The notes under the pieces were generated by a model. The model searched no databases, was not told where the DNA came from, and saw nothing but the letters and a program-made list of their open reading frames with translations. Made by a program: the position numbers and the translations under genes. 64,000 bases of DNA, taken from the NCBI GenBank assembly GCA_964529785.1, contig CAZHAQ010000001.1, forward strand, positions 37,502 through 101,501. The letters are read 5' to 3'. Position 1 is the first letter of the stretch. Each line of letters opens with the position of its first letter. This document shows positions 41,061-52,292 of this stretch, one piece after another. This DNA is from an uncultured Candidatus Saccharibacteria bacterium. GTDB taxonomy: Bacteria; Patescibacteriota; Saccharimonadia; Saccharimonadales; JACDBH01.

Positions 41061-42109
41061 AATCATATAAGCATGGCAATAAAATGAGTAGGCGATTAGG
41101 GAGAGTTGTCCTTTCGCTAGCAGTATTGGCGGCCGTACTGATTGCTGGCGGCTATTATGGGATAAATAAACTTTACCATCATAACTTACAGCCAGTAGAC
41201 GCAAGCTCAGAAGAAGATATTAGCTTTACAATCGAGTCAGGTTCCTTAACTCCCCGGATTGCTGAAGTGCTTTATGAAAAGAATCTAATTCGTTCCACCC
41301 AGGCATTCTCTCAGTATGTAAGGTCTAAAGGAGTTGGCCAAGACTTTAAGGCTGGTACGTATAAGCTGCGCAAATCTATGAGTGTCCAGGATATTGTCTC
41401 TAAGCTTGTTAAGGGTGATGTCGCTAATGATCTGTTTACTATAATCCCCGGGAGCAATATTGCCCAGATAAAGAAAAACTTTGCAGATAATACGCATTAT
41501 AGCCAGGATGAAATAGACGCAGCTTTTAATCCTGAAGCATATAGCGGACACCCTGCGTTAGTTGATTTACCCGCAGGCGCTTCTCTGGAAGGTTTTCTAT
41601 ATCCGGACTCTTATCAGTTCATAGCTGAAACTACTCCGCAGACAATAATTAAACAGTCTCTTGATGAAATGGCCGAAGCTTTAACCCCAGAAATTAGAGC
41701 TGGTATAGCCCAGCAGGGGTTGAGCGTTTATCAGGGAATTATTTTAGCATCAATTGTTGAACGTGAAGTCGGCGAGCGCGATAGCAACGGTCATGTAGTA
41801 GATAATCGGGCAAAAGCAGCACAGGTTTTTATTAAAAGGCTTAATATGGGCATGAAGCTTCAGTCTAATGCTACGGACGGCTACCCGCCTGAGTACGACA
41901 CCTATACAATAGATGGTCTGCCACCTGAGCCAATAAGTAGTATTAGCAACAGCTCCCTAGCCGCAGTGGCTCGTCCGGCAGGGACTAATTTCCTATACTT
42001 TGTTTCAGGGTCAGACTGCGTTACCAGATTTAGTGAAACCAATGAGCAGCATGAAGAGCTGAAGGCAGCTCATGGTATTGCCCGCCCAGAAGATAATTGT
42101 CGTGGCTAG
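41057..42109 (+). CDS. mltG: Endolytic transglycosylase MltG
   Basis: N-terminal TM, LEGFLYPDSY, ASIVERE, LQS, GLPP.PI, LYFV motifs. Confidence 0.92.
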   Translation: MKSYKHGNKMSRRLGRVVLSLAVLAAVLIAGGYYGINKLYHHNLQPVDASSEEDISFTIESGSLTPRIAEVLYEKNLIRSTQAFSQYVRSKGVGQDFKAGTYKLRKSMSVQDIVSKLVKGDVANDLFTIIPGSNIAQIKKNFADNTHYSQDEIDAAFNPEAYSGHPALVDLPAGASLEGFLYPDSYQFIAETTPQTIIKQSLDEMAEALTPEIRAGIAQQGLSVYQGIILASIVEREVGERDSNGHVVDNRAKAAQVFIKRLNMGMKLQSNATDGYPPEYDTYTIDGLPPEPISSISNSSLAAVARPAGTNFLYFVSGSDCVTRFSETNEQHEELKAAHGIARPEDNCRG

Positions 42110-42126
42110 TTAGAGCTTATGCTTGT

Positions 42127-42156
42127 TTGACGTCTTTGCTGCCAAGTTGCTAGAAT
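42127..42156 (+). promoter_or_regulatory. Sigma70-type promoter for the first LysM-CHAP gene
   Basis: TTGACG-18 nt-TAGAAT with extended TG. Confidence 0.65.
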
Positions 42157-42208
42157 GTCTGTACATACTTATTTTTGCTAACTGATATAAATATATAAGG
42201 ACCAGCTA

Positions 42209-43327
42209 TTGGATATTAGGCCCGCTAAAAAAGGCGCTCCGCGGCAACATACGCCAAACTCAAATATGGCTACGCCCCAAAAGGCAGCCCGCAGGCGCAA
42301 AAAAAAGTTTTTGGCTAAGAAAAATATGGCCAGATACGGCATATTGGGCGTTAATATATTGATAGTTGGTATAGCAATATTCATAGTCATATCTAATTCC
42401 GGCAATAATGCTGCTACTTACAGCGTTAGGGCCAGTGATCAGGCGCCAGTAAATCCACTTGACGAAATTTCAGCAGCAGATATAGCTGTTAACATAGCAA
42501 GAATGACTAATATGTCAGAAATTGCAGCTGTTACAAATTATGCTGACACAGTAAATGCAGAACTTGAAACATTTACTGTTAACAGGGATATTGCCCATAA
42601 ACCACAAATTATGACTGCAGACCTAAAGACTTTAGCCGATATTATCGAGTATATTACTCAACCCGGAGACACGGTCGGCAGTTTGGCGGAAAAATTTGCT
42701 GTTACTTCCGACAGTATAAGGTGGTCAAACGATCTTCAAAATGACAATTTAGAGCCCGGAATCAGACTGCTTATCCCGCCTATGAACGGCATTATCTATA
42801 CAGTTAGAAGCGGCGATACAGCGGAAAAAATTGCGCAGCTTTATAGAATTACCGCTGAACAGGTAATAGTGTTTAATGATGCAGAGTTTACTGGCTTAAC
42901 ACCTGGTAAGATGATTTTCTTACCAAATGCCCAAAAACCAGCCCCCACTTTTAATTTCTTTGTACGTTATGGCAATAATGGTTATGACCCTGGCTGGTGT
43001 ACCTATTACGCGGCTGCGCATGGCGGAGCGCCTCCTGGGTGGGGTCATGCCAGGACATGGGCAGTTAATGCCGCTAGAACTCCAGGGTGGGCGGTAAGCA
43101 AGGTGCCTGTACCTGGTGCTATTGCTCAAACCACTGGAATTAGCGGCGATCGTGTAGGTGGTTCATGGGGGCATGTAGGTGTAGTTGAGCAAGTTAAGCA
43201 GGAAAATGGTCAGTATTACATAAAATATTCCGATATGAACGGCATAGCTGGGTTTAACCGGGTGGGCTACAGCGACTGGGTCCCTGCGCTAGATAAGTAC
43301 CAGAATTTTATATATAAAGTCCAATAG
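42209..43327 (+). CDS. LysM-LysM-CHAP peptidoglycan hydrolase (paralog 1)
   Basis: TM, two LysM repeats (GDT..SLAEKF, GDTAEKIA), CHAP motifs GWCTYY and GHVGVVE. Confidence 0.9.
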   Translation: MDIRPAKKGAPRQHTPNSNMATPQKAARRRKKKFLAKKNMARYGILGVNILIVGIAIFIVISNSGNNAATYSVRASDQAPVNPLDEISAADIAVNIARMTNMSEIAAVTNYADTVNAELETFTVNRDIAHKPQIMTADLKTLADIIEYITQPGDTVGSLAEKFAVTSDSIRWSNDLQNDNLEPGIRLLIPPMNGIIYTVRSGDTAEKIAQLYRITAEQVIVFNDAEFTGLTPGKMIFLPNAQKPAPTFNFFVRYGNNGYDPGWCTYYAAAHGGAPPGWGHARTWAVNAARTPGWAVSKVPVPGAIAQTTGISGDRVGGSWGHVGVVEQVKQENGQYYIKYSDMNGIAGFNRVGYSDWVPALDKYQNFIYKVQ

Positions 43328-43399
43328 AATAATTAATGAGCATAAGCATTAACAGATAGCAAAGCTTGACTTTCGGGATAGGTTTTTGATAATATTTTG

Positions 43400-43580
43400 A
43401 TTGTGAATTCGATAAGTATAAGCGTATTATTCAATTGCTGTACTTATGTTCACAGCCTTTAGCTAGCACACTTAAGAGATTAAAATTACCAAAACAGGAA
43501 AGGTCGAATTCTTCCTGGTAATATAAGCAATTAAACGCTAGTTATAGGTTAAATGAGGCAAATGCCTCAGGGAGCCGACT
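43400..43580 (+). promoter_or_regulatory. Structured 5' leader of the second LysM-CHAP gene (candidate cis-regulatory RNA)
   Basis: Promoter TTGACT-18-TAATAT at 43366-43395; stems GTGAA/TTCAC, ATAAGTA/TACTTAT, CAGGAA/TTCCTG, and TGAGGCA/TGCCTCA abutting the SD. Confidence 0.55.
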
Positions 43581-44714
43581 ATTTTTAGTTTATCCAAAAA
43601 GAGTAAGCGTACTTCCAGTTCATCCGGCGCTTCAATAAGTAGAATATATGCAAATCCACTTCGCAACCCAGCGAAGTACTATAATCGCAATAGAAAACGT
43701 CTTGTCAGATACGGTCTAGTGTCTGGTAATATCGCTATTGTTCTAATCTCTATTTTTGTCGTTATAAATAATTCTGGTGGTAGTTCGGCGAAATATAGTG
43801 CTTTAGCGACTGCTGAAGAAGCCCAGACTTCAAACCCTCTAGACACCCTATCTGCTGCAGATATTGCCGTTAACGTTGCATTAATGACTCGCATGCCTGA
43901 GACGGGCTTAATTATCAATGATGCTGACTCTGTAACTGCTGAATTAAATTCTACGGTTAGTTCTCACGAAAGCGTTCTGAAGCCGCAGATACTTAGTTCT
44001 GAGATTAAAACCAAAGAAGATATTAAAGAATATGTAGTTGTCGATGGCGATACATTGGAATCCTTGGCAACAAAGTTCGGAGTTACTTCGGACAGTATTA
44101 AATGGTCCAATAACTTAACGGGCAATAGGCTAAAAGTCGGGTCTACGCTCGTAATACCACCAGTTAACGGTATTGTATATACCGTAAAAAGTGGCGATAC
44201 TATTGAATCGTTGGCCAATAAATATAATGTCGGCCAACAGGCTTTAATTAGTTTTAATGATGTAGAGCTAACAGGATTAGTTGAAGGCGAAAGGATAGTT
44301 TTGCCTGGCGGAGTTATTAAAGCAGCGCCTGCTCCTGCTAGCCGGCCATTTTATGCAGGATTTGCTTTCGGGAATACTGCGGTTTACGGGTATAACGGCT
44401 ATGTACCAGGTTATTGTACTTGGTATGTTGCTAACAAGCGTGCAGAAATTGGTCGTCCGCTACCTGCAAACTTGGGTAACGCTGGACCTTGGGCTAGAAG
44501 TGCACCGCGGGCAGGCCTGACTGTCAATCGTACGCCAGCAGCTGGAGCTGCAGTAGTCACGGACTTGAGTAATCCCGGTCATGTTGGCTTTGTGGAATAT
44601 GTAAATGAAGATGGTAGCGTATTTATATCTGAGATGAATCGCAGGCGTAGGTACGAGGTTACGACAAGGCTGCTAAGCCCAGCTGAAGCTGCCAGATACA
44701 CCTACATCCATTAA
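43581..44714 (+). CDS. LysM-LysM-CHAP peptidoglycan hydrolase (paralog 2), probable ATT start
   Basis: Same architecture as paralog 1 (NPLD..SAADIAVN.A.MT, GYCTWYV, GHVGFVE). Frame is open from 43557; AGGGAG SD lies 6 nt before ATT 43581. The ORF track start is GTG 43719. Confidence 0.85.
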   Translation: MFSLSKKSKRTSSSSGASISRIYANPLRNPAKYYNRNRKRLVRYGLVSGNIAIVLISIFVVINNSGGSSAKYSALATAEEAQTSNPLDTLSAADIAVNVALMTRMPETGLIINDADSVTAELNSTVSSHESVLKPQILSSEIKTKEDIKEYVVVDGDTLESLATKFGVTSDSIKWSNNLTGNRLKVGSTLVIPPVNGIVYTVKSGDTIESLANKYNVGQQALISFNDVELTGLVEGERIVLPGGVIKAAPAPASRPFYAGFAFGNTAVYGYNGYVPGYCTWYVANKRAEIGRPLPANLGNAGPWARSAPRAGLTVNRTPAAGAAVVTDLSNPGHVGFVEYVNEDGSVFISEMNRRRRYEVTTRLLSPAEAARYTYIH

Positions 44715-44754
44715 ACCTCTGTTCATTAGTGTAAAAATATTGTATAATTTATAA

Positions 44755-46038
<1,284 letters not shown>

Positions 46039-46127
46039 TATAATGCAATAATTATGTAATAATATGCTTGATGGCGAGATCCGCTATTGCATCAAGCATG
46101 ATGCCTCACCTTTCTTAGGAGGTGAAA

Positions 46128-46310
46128 ATGAAAGGGTCCTTGCAGAGAAGAACTGACTCCGGCGGTTATTTGCTGGTGGGTTTGTTCATCCTGGCGTTCG
46201 CTCTCGGCGTGTACTACTTGACGGTGGATAAGTCTCCGTCTTTAGCATTGCTGATGGGTGCCTGTGCCGTGCTTGCCGCTTTAGGCTTGCTCTTCGGTAT
46301 CAGGCGATGA
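46128..46310 (+). CDS. Small two-TM membrane protein with hairpin-sequestered RBS
   Basis: AGGAGG 5 nt before ATG 46128; two hydrophobic helices and a C-terminal RR. Confidence 0.65.
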   Translation: MKGSLQRRTDSGGYLLVGLFILAFALGVYYLTVDKSPSLALLMGACAVLAALGLLFGIRR

Positions 46311-46615
46311 AACGCGGCCACTAGACTCTACCCGGAGGTAAAAACCACTGTGAAGTGGCGAGTATTTAATTGGCAGCCTGCCATATAAATGCGAGGGGAT
46401 GCGCCTTTATGGTGCTTGAGAGTACGGTCTTGGCGAAAGAATAAGTCAAGAATGAGGCTCAATAAAGGGGCGGTACGTTGCAGCTTTTTGGCTAAATGCC
46501 TTTTTCTTAAGCTCCGTACCGTCCTATACACTGTCAACATATAGATTGTTCTGACGAGTTTTGCTGATCACTAATGTGCCAAGGCTGAACGAAACAGTGT
46601 TAAAATAATCTTGTA

Positions 46616-48055
46616 ATGAGTGCAAGCTTTTATTTTTACGATCTTGAAACCAGCGGAATTAGTCCGCGGCAATCAAGGATTATGCAGTTCGCTGGTCAGC
46701 GAACCGACCTGCAGCTTAGGCCAATCGCTGAACCGGACAACATTTTAATCAAATTAACTGATGATGTATTGCCGCAGCCCGATGCAATTCTAATCACTGG
46801 CATCACTCCTCAGATGACTATAGCTGACGGCATTACAGAAGCTGAGTTTCTAAGATATTTTACAGACAATATAGCTATCAAAGATACTATCTTTACTGGT
46901 TTTAATACGATTAGATTTGACGACGAATTTATGCGGTTTCTACATTACCGCAACTTTTATGATGCCTATGAATGGGCTTGGCGCGATGGCAGGTCTCGCT
47001 GGGATATTCTGGATGTAGTAAGAATGACTAGAGCACTAAGGCCTGATGGAATAGAATGGCCATTCAAACCGGACGGTCAGCAGACTAACCGCCTGGAACT
47101 GCTAACGGCGGTTAATAAGCTTGAGCATAATAATGCCCATGATGCGCTTAGTGATGTTAACGCTACAATCGCTGTTGCCAGACTTATACATAACAAACAG
47201 CCAAAATTATTTGAATACTTACTGGGGATGAGAGACAAGAATAAAGTAAAAAACTTAGTCCAGTCTGGCGAAGGGTTTGTATATACTAGCGGCAAGTATC
47301 CAAGCGCATATCAGAAGACGACAGTAGCGGTTAATTTGGGTGAGCATCCTGGTAAGCAGGGATCTTTGATTTATGATCTTAGATGCGATCCAGAAGAGCT
47401 TGTACATCTTTCTCCGGCAGAGCTTGCGGTCGCTTGGCGAGATCGCCCAGAAGATGAGACTAAAAGATTTCCTGTAAAGACCCTTCAGTTTAACAGGTGT
47501 CCAGCAGTTGCTCCTATCGCGGTCTTGGATAAATCTAGCCAGGAGCGACTCAAAATAGACTTAAATAAAATAAACGACAATCACAGAAAACTAGTAAAAT
47601 ATCCGGACTTTTATAAGAATTTACTAGCAGCCATAAATATAATGGATAAGCAGCGGCAGGCCAATCTTCTTACTGTTGCTCAAGAGGTTGACGAGCGGCT
47701 TTATGATGGATTCTTTAATGATGGCGATAGGACGGCTATGTCGGTAGTGCGTGCAGCGGATAGTAGTGAAATAGGGAGCTTGAACATGCAGTTTAACGAC
47801 CAAAGGCTTAATGACCTGTTGCCCCTGTATAAGGCCCGCAACTATCTCGCCTATTTAAGCCAGGAAGAAAGAGAGGCTTGGGAAAAGCATCGTTCTCACG
47901 CTTTGATGGACGGCGGTGAAAAAAGCCAGGTAAGCAAATTCTTCACAAGGCTTAGTGAATTGTCTTCTAAGCCCGATCTGTCTTCAAACGAGCAATATCT
48001 CCTCCAGGAACTTCAGCTTTATGGAGAGAGCATATTACCGTCAAGCGATATTTAA
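46616..48055 (+). CDS. sbcB: Exodeoxyribonuclease I
   Basis: FYDLETSG, QFAGQRTD, GFNTIRFDDEF, AHDALSDV, NRCP, LYDGF motifs. Confidence 0.95.
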   Translation: MSASFYFYDLETSGISPRQSRIMQFAGQRTDLQLRPIAEPDNILIKLTDDVLPQPDAILITGITPQMTIADGITEAEFLRYFTDNIAIKDTIFTGFNTIRFDDEFMRFLHYRNFYDAYEWAWRDGRSRWDILDVVRMTRALRPDGIEWPFKPDGQQTNRLELLTAVNKLEHNNAHDALSDVNATIAVARLIHNKQPKLFEYLLGMRDKNKVKNLVQSGEGFVYTSGKYPSAYQKTTVAVNLGEHPGKQGSLIYDLRCDPEELVHLSPAELAVAWRDRPEDETKRFPVKTLQFNRCPAVAPIAVLDKSSQERLKIDLNKINDNHRKLVKYPDFYKNLLAAINIMDKQRQANLLTVAQEVDERLYDGFFNDGDRTAMSVVRAADSSEIGSLNMQFNDQRLNDLLPLYKARNYLAYLSQEEREAWEKHRSHALMDGGEKSQVSKFFTRLSELSSKPDLSSNEQYLLQELQLYGESILPSSDI

Positions 48056-48231
48056 AGAGCTATTAGTTGTATAGCTGCAATATGACGAGCTTTTTTACGT
48101 ACTGATGAACCAAGAAAATGCCAGTAACATCCCGCACCCAAAGTGACAGCTGACATGGTTAATAAGTAGTTAAAAAAAGAGATTTGGATAGATGTTCCAG
48201 GCACATAGCCTAAAACTATAAAATTTAACAT
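48052..48231 (-). CDS. Small 59-aa membrane protein, absent from the ORF track
   Basis: MLNFIVLGYVPGTSIQISFF...IQLIAL; GAGGTG SD; own promoter TTGACA-18-TATAAT at 48287-48258. Confidence 0.7.
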   Translation of the reverse strand: MLNFIVLGYVPGTSIQISFFNYLLTMSAVTLGAGCYWHFLGSSVRKKARHIAAIQLIAL

Positions 48232-48257
48232 TGTGCCACCTCGTAAAGTTTAAATGG

Positions 48258-48287
48258 ATTATAATACTAGAGTGGCAATGATGTCAA
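48258..48287 (-). promoter_or_regulatory. Consensus sigma70 promoter
   Basis: Minus-strand TTGACA-18 nt-TATAAT. Confidence 0.75.
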
Positions 48288-48313
48288 TAATATTATATAA
48301 TGCTTATGCTAAA

Positions 48314-48763
48314 TTAAACTTCTATGCCCGTAGTCCATGGCTTGCTTTTGCGTGATTTTTTTATAAGATCACTAAATTTACCAAAGCGATCTCTATTTAA
48401 CAGTAGGATGAATAAGCTGAAACAAATGGCCATGACCGCAGCACCTTCGACATATCTATTGTCATGCTGAACAAGTACATAGGCTCCTATTAAAGCAATG
48501 CTACTAAACACTACATCATAGGTATGACGAACCCATTGAATGTTGGGAAATAGCAATCTTTTAAAGCTGACACCATGAAGCTTAGCGGTTTCCAGCCAGC
48601 GTTCAGCCCAGTCATGATTAACTGCAAGAAAACTTAATCCTAAAATCAGTAGCGGTATACCGCCAGGCCCTGGCAGCCAACCAAATAAAATTACACCAAT
48701 AAAACAAAGTAGCGCCAATGTATCAAAAACAATTATTTTGCCGTATCGTTTTAGTTTGACCAT
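48314..48763 (-). CDS. PGPGW-like membrane protein
   Basis: WLPGPGGIPLLILGLSFLA..WA motif; four hydrophobic segments. Confidence 0.78.
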   Translation of the reverse strand: MVKLKRYGKIIVFDTLALLCFIGVILFGWLPGPGGIPLLILGLSFLAVNHDWAERWLETAKLHGVSFKRLLFPNIQWVRHTYDVVFSSIALIGAYVLVQHDNRYVEGAAVMAICFSLFILLLNRDRFGKFSDLIKKSRKSKPWTTGIEV

Positions 48764-48884
48764 ATACTTGAAGAGTATACCAAAAATTATAGGGTATGTA
48801 ATTATTTACAGATTGTAAAGGCTGGAATACTGGAAAAAAGTTAATTTTTAAGATATAATCCATCCGTTTAGGAGTAATTAAAAC

Positions 48885-51695
48885 GTGGCTGATTATATTG
48901 TTGTCAAAGGTGCAAGAGAGCATAATCTCAAGAACGTTGATCTGACTATACCGAGAGAAAAGCTAGTTGTTATTACTGGACTATCTGGTTCGGGCAAATC
49001 CAGCTTAGCTTTTGACACGATTTATGCAGAAGGCCAACGGCGCTACGTAGAGTCTCTGAGCTCCTATGCTCGCCAGTTCTTAGGGGTAATGGAAAAACCG
49101 GATGTTGATCAAATAGATGGCCTAAGTCCGGCAATATCTATTGATCAGAAATCAACTAGCCGTAACCCGAGAAGTACAGTGGCGACAGTCACCGAAATTT
49201 ATGATTATTTAAGACTGCTTTACGCTCGGATTGGTACACCGCACTGCCCAATCTGCGGGCAAGCTGTAACCAGACAGACAACCCAGAATATTATTGAGCA
49301 AATCGTTGCTTTGCCAGACAGCGCTAAGCTGATTGTGCTAGCTCCAGTAGTTATTGATAAAAAGGGTGCATTTGAACATGTACCCGAACAGTTCATGAGA
49401 CTGGGGTTTGCTAGGGCTAGGGTAGATGGCGTTATCTATGCATTGGATGAATTTCCAGAACTGGATAAAAACTACAAGCATACCATTGAAATTGTTGTAG
49501 ACCGTCTTGTTAATGATGAAGCTAGCCGTAGCCGTTTAGCGCAGAGCGTTGAACAGGCATTAGATTTAGCTGATGGAAAAATAATGGTTCATAATGCCGA
49601 TACAGAATCGGACACTATATATTCGCTTCGCTATGCGTGTGTCAATCATCCTGATGTTGCCATCCCAGAGCTTGAGCCTCGAACTTTTAGCTTTAACTCT
49701 CCCCATGGCGCATGTCCAGTATGTACCGGGCTTGGCAATCGGCTGGAAGTCGATCCTGATCTTGTGATACCAAACGGTAGGCTAACAATAGCAGAAGGTG
49801 CAATCAGGCCCTATAACCGCATAAACGTGGATGCCTGGTATATGAAGAAGATGCAGGCTGTAGCAGATGCTTATGGATTTAGTTTGAACGCACCTACTGG
49901 CGAACTTAAACCGGAAGACCTACAAAGAATCTTATACGGTACAGGTAACCAGACTTACCGTGTTTCCCTCGGAATAGGCCGCAGCTTCAATTCAACCTAT
50001 GAGGGCGTTATACCTAATTTAGAGCGTAGACATAAAGAAACTGACAGTGACTTTATCCGCCGTGACATAGAAAGATTCATGCAGGAAAGACCATGCGCCG
50101 TCTGTAAGGGGCGCCGGCTTAAGCCTGAAGTGCTAGCAATCACTATTAATAATCTGTCTATTATGGATATTTGTGAATTATCTATAGATGATGCAGTCGA
50201 TACTTTTAAGAGCATTAAGCTCGATGAGACACAGAAGCATATTGCCGAGCAGGTATTTAAAGAAATTAATGCTCGTCTTAAATTTATGCAGGATGTCGGT
50301 CTTAACTATTTGAATCTGGCTCGTAGTGCAGTTAGTTTAAGTGGAGGCGAAGCTCAACGTATTCGGCTAGCAACTCAAATTGGCTCTGGACTGCAAGGTG
50401 TTTTATATGTACTGGACGAGCCGAGCATCGGGCTTCATCAGCGAGATAATGAGCGGCTTATTAAGACGCTTGAACACCTGAGAAATCTAGGCAATACCGT
50501 AATTGTCGTGGAGCACGACGAGGATACTATCCGAACGGCAGACTATCTAGTAGACATTGGCCCGGGAGCAGGCGTTCACGGCGGTAAAATTGTAGCTACA
50601 GGTACACCTGATGAGGTGGCAAATACAAAAAATAGTATTACTGGCAAGTACTTGCGAGGCGAAGAGACTATCCCCGTGCCTAAAAAGCGCCGCAAGGGCA
50701 ACGGTAAGTTTTTAAGTATTAAGGGTGCCAGGGAAAACAACCTCAAAAACGTTAGCGTAGACATACCACTAGGCCAGTTGGTCGTGGTTAGCGGAGTTAG
50801 CGGTTCAGGGAAATCTAGCTTAATAAATGATATATTGGCCAAAGAACTTCAAGCCAGATTAATGCGGGCAAATATGGTGCCTGGAAAACACGATGACATA
50901 GTAGGGATTAAGGAACTGGATAAGGCGATTGTAATTGACCAGTCGCCAATTGGTCGCACGCCGCGTAGCAACCCGGCTACATATACAGGGCTGTTTACTC
51001 CAATTCGCGAACTGTTTGCCAGTACTCCTGAGGCAAAAATCCGCGGTTATAAAGCTGGCAGATTTAGCTTTAACGTTAAGGGTGGCCGCTGTGAAAACTG
51101 TACTGGCGATGGAATCATAAAGATAGAAATGCATTTCCTGCCAGACGTTTATGTTCCCTGTGAGGTATGTCATGGCAAGCGCTATAATCGTGAAGCTTTA
51201 GAAATCCACTATAAAGGCAAAACAATCAGCGACGTACTTCAAATGACAGTTGAACAGGCACTAGTTTTCTTTGAAAATATGCCTAATATTGCTAAAAAAT
51301 TACAAACATTAGTAGATGTTGGCTTAGGCTATATCGGACTTGGCCAGCCAGCAACAACACTTTCAGGCGGCGAAGCTCAGAGAATTAAGTTGGCCACCGA
51401 GCTGTCTCGGCGAGCTACCGGTAGAACTCTCTACATACTTGACGAGCCGACAACTGGGTTGCATATGGCAGATGTAAAAAAACTGCTAGAGGTAATTCAT
51501 GCCCTGGTAGATACTGGTAATTCAATGGTTATTATCGAGCATAATTTAGATGTTATAAAATCAGCTGACTTTATTATTGACATGGGGCCAGAAGGTGGCG
51601 ACAAAGGCGGTACTGTAGTTGCGACTGGCGCGCCCGAAGAGATTGCTAGAGCTAAGGGTTCATATACTGGAAAATACTTGAATAATATGCTATAA
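48885..51695 (+). CDS. uvrA: Excinuclease ABC subunit A
   Basis: GAREHNLKN, two GxSGSGKS motifs, zinc fingers, LSGGEAQRI twice. Confidence 0.99.
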   Translation: MADYIVVKGAREHNLKNVDLTIPREKLVVITGLSGSGKSSLAFDTIYAEGQRRYVESLSSYARQFLGVMEKPDVDQIDGLSPAISIDQKSTSRNPRSTVATVTEIYDYLRLLYARIGTPHCPICGQAVTRQTTQNIIEQIVALPDSAKLIVLAPVVIDKKGAFEHVPEQFMRLGFARARVDGVIYALDEFPELDKNYKHTIEIVVDRLVNDEASRSRLAQSVEQALDLADGKIMVHNADTESDTIYSLRYACVNHPDVAIPELEPRTFSFNSPHGACPVCTGLGNRLEVDPDLVIPNGRLTIAEGAIRPYNRINVDAWYMKKMQAVADAYGFSLNAPTGELKPEDLQRILYGTGNQTYRVSLGIGRSFNSTYEGVIPNLERRHKETDSDFIRRDIERFMQERPCAVCKGRRLKPEVLAITINNLSIMDICELSIDDAVDTFKSIKLDETQKHIAEQVFKEINARLKFMQDVGLNYLNLARSAVSLSGGEAQRIRLATQIGSGLQGVLYVLDEPSIGLHQRDNERLIKTLEHLRNLGNTVIVVEHDEDTIRTADYLVDIGPGAGVHGGKIVATGTPDEVANTKNSITGKYLRGEETIPVPKKRRKGNGKFLSIKGARENNLKNVSVDIPLGQLVVVSGVSGSGKSSLINDILAKELQARLMRANMVPGKHDDIVGIKELDKAIVIDQSPIGRTPRSNPATYTGLFTPIRELFASTPEAKIRGYKAGRFSFNVKGGRCENCTGDGIIKIEMHFLPDVYVPCEVCHGKRYNREALEIHYKGKTISDVLQMTVEQALVFFENMPNIAKKLQTLVDVGLGYIGLGQPATTLSGGEAQRIKLATELSRRATGRTLYILDEPTTGLHMADVKKLLEVIHALVDTGNSMVIIEHNLDVIKSADFIIDMGPEGGDKGGTVVATGAPEEIARAKGSYTGKYLNNML

Positions 51696-51704
51696 TAGCA
51701 TGTT

Positions 51705-52292
51705 ATGAGTACTAGACGAGAAGAGCAGTTGAGGATCGCGGCTGATAACTTTTTATTTTATGCGTGGGGACGTGATATAGCTGTTGGAGGTTTCGGTGAA
51801 ACGGAAGAAGATGTACCCCCTAGCAAAGTTCTTGAAGTAGCATATTTTGCAGGTACAGTCATGTTTAATGCGGTTACTAGAATGGCTGTAGCAGGATTCC
51901 GCGCGCAACGAATTAATCCTAGGCACTACAAAGCTACATCAACTAGTTCACCTGAAAAAATGAGTGAATTTGCTAGTGAAGCTGTGGAGTTAGCCCACAG
52001 TGACGAAGAATTTAAAGTTAAGCTTGAACGAGTAACTACCAGCCTAATACCAAAAATGGCTACTAGAGTTTGCGTGTTGGTAGAAAAGCCTGAGTCTCTC
52101 CTAAGTTACTCTTTCCAGTATGCAGCAGACCATGACGACATTAGGGAAATGAAGTTTAACCATACTCCATTCGGGCTTACCTTAAAAGAGTTGGCAGTAA
52201 GTGATGTGCATGATGATTTCAAGGAATACAGCGATACCCAGAATCTTGATTTAAGCAAATTACTTTTAAGGCAGCGTAGAGGCAGTAATTAG
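51705..52292 (+). CDS. Hypothetical protein
   Basis: 195-aa ORF with TGcTATAAT 8 nt upstream. Confidence 0.65.
   Translation: MSTRREEQLRIAADNFLFYAWGRDIAVGGFGETEEDVPPSKVLEVAYFAGTVMFNAVTRMAVAGFRAQRINPRHYKATSTSSPEKMSEFASEAVELAHSDEEFKVKLERVTTSLIPKMATRVCVLVEKPESLLSYSFQYAADHDDIREMKFNHTPFGLTLKELAVSDVHDDFKEYSDTQNLDLSKLLLRQRRGSN

Noticed and set aside
43400-43580. c-di-AMP (ydaO) riboswitch
   Set aside because: The context fits, but the conserved GGGGGA, GGGUGAA and AGCUAACC segments are not seen.
46328-46540. 70-aa minus-strand ORF as a protein antitoxin or real gene
   Set aside because: No SD, motif or compositional support; left uncalled.
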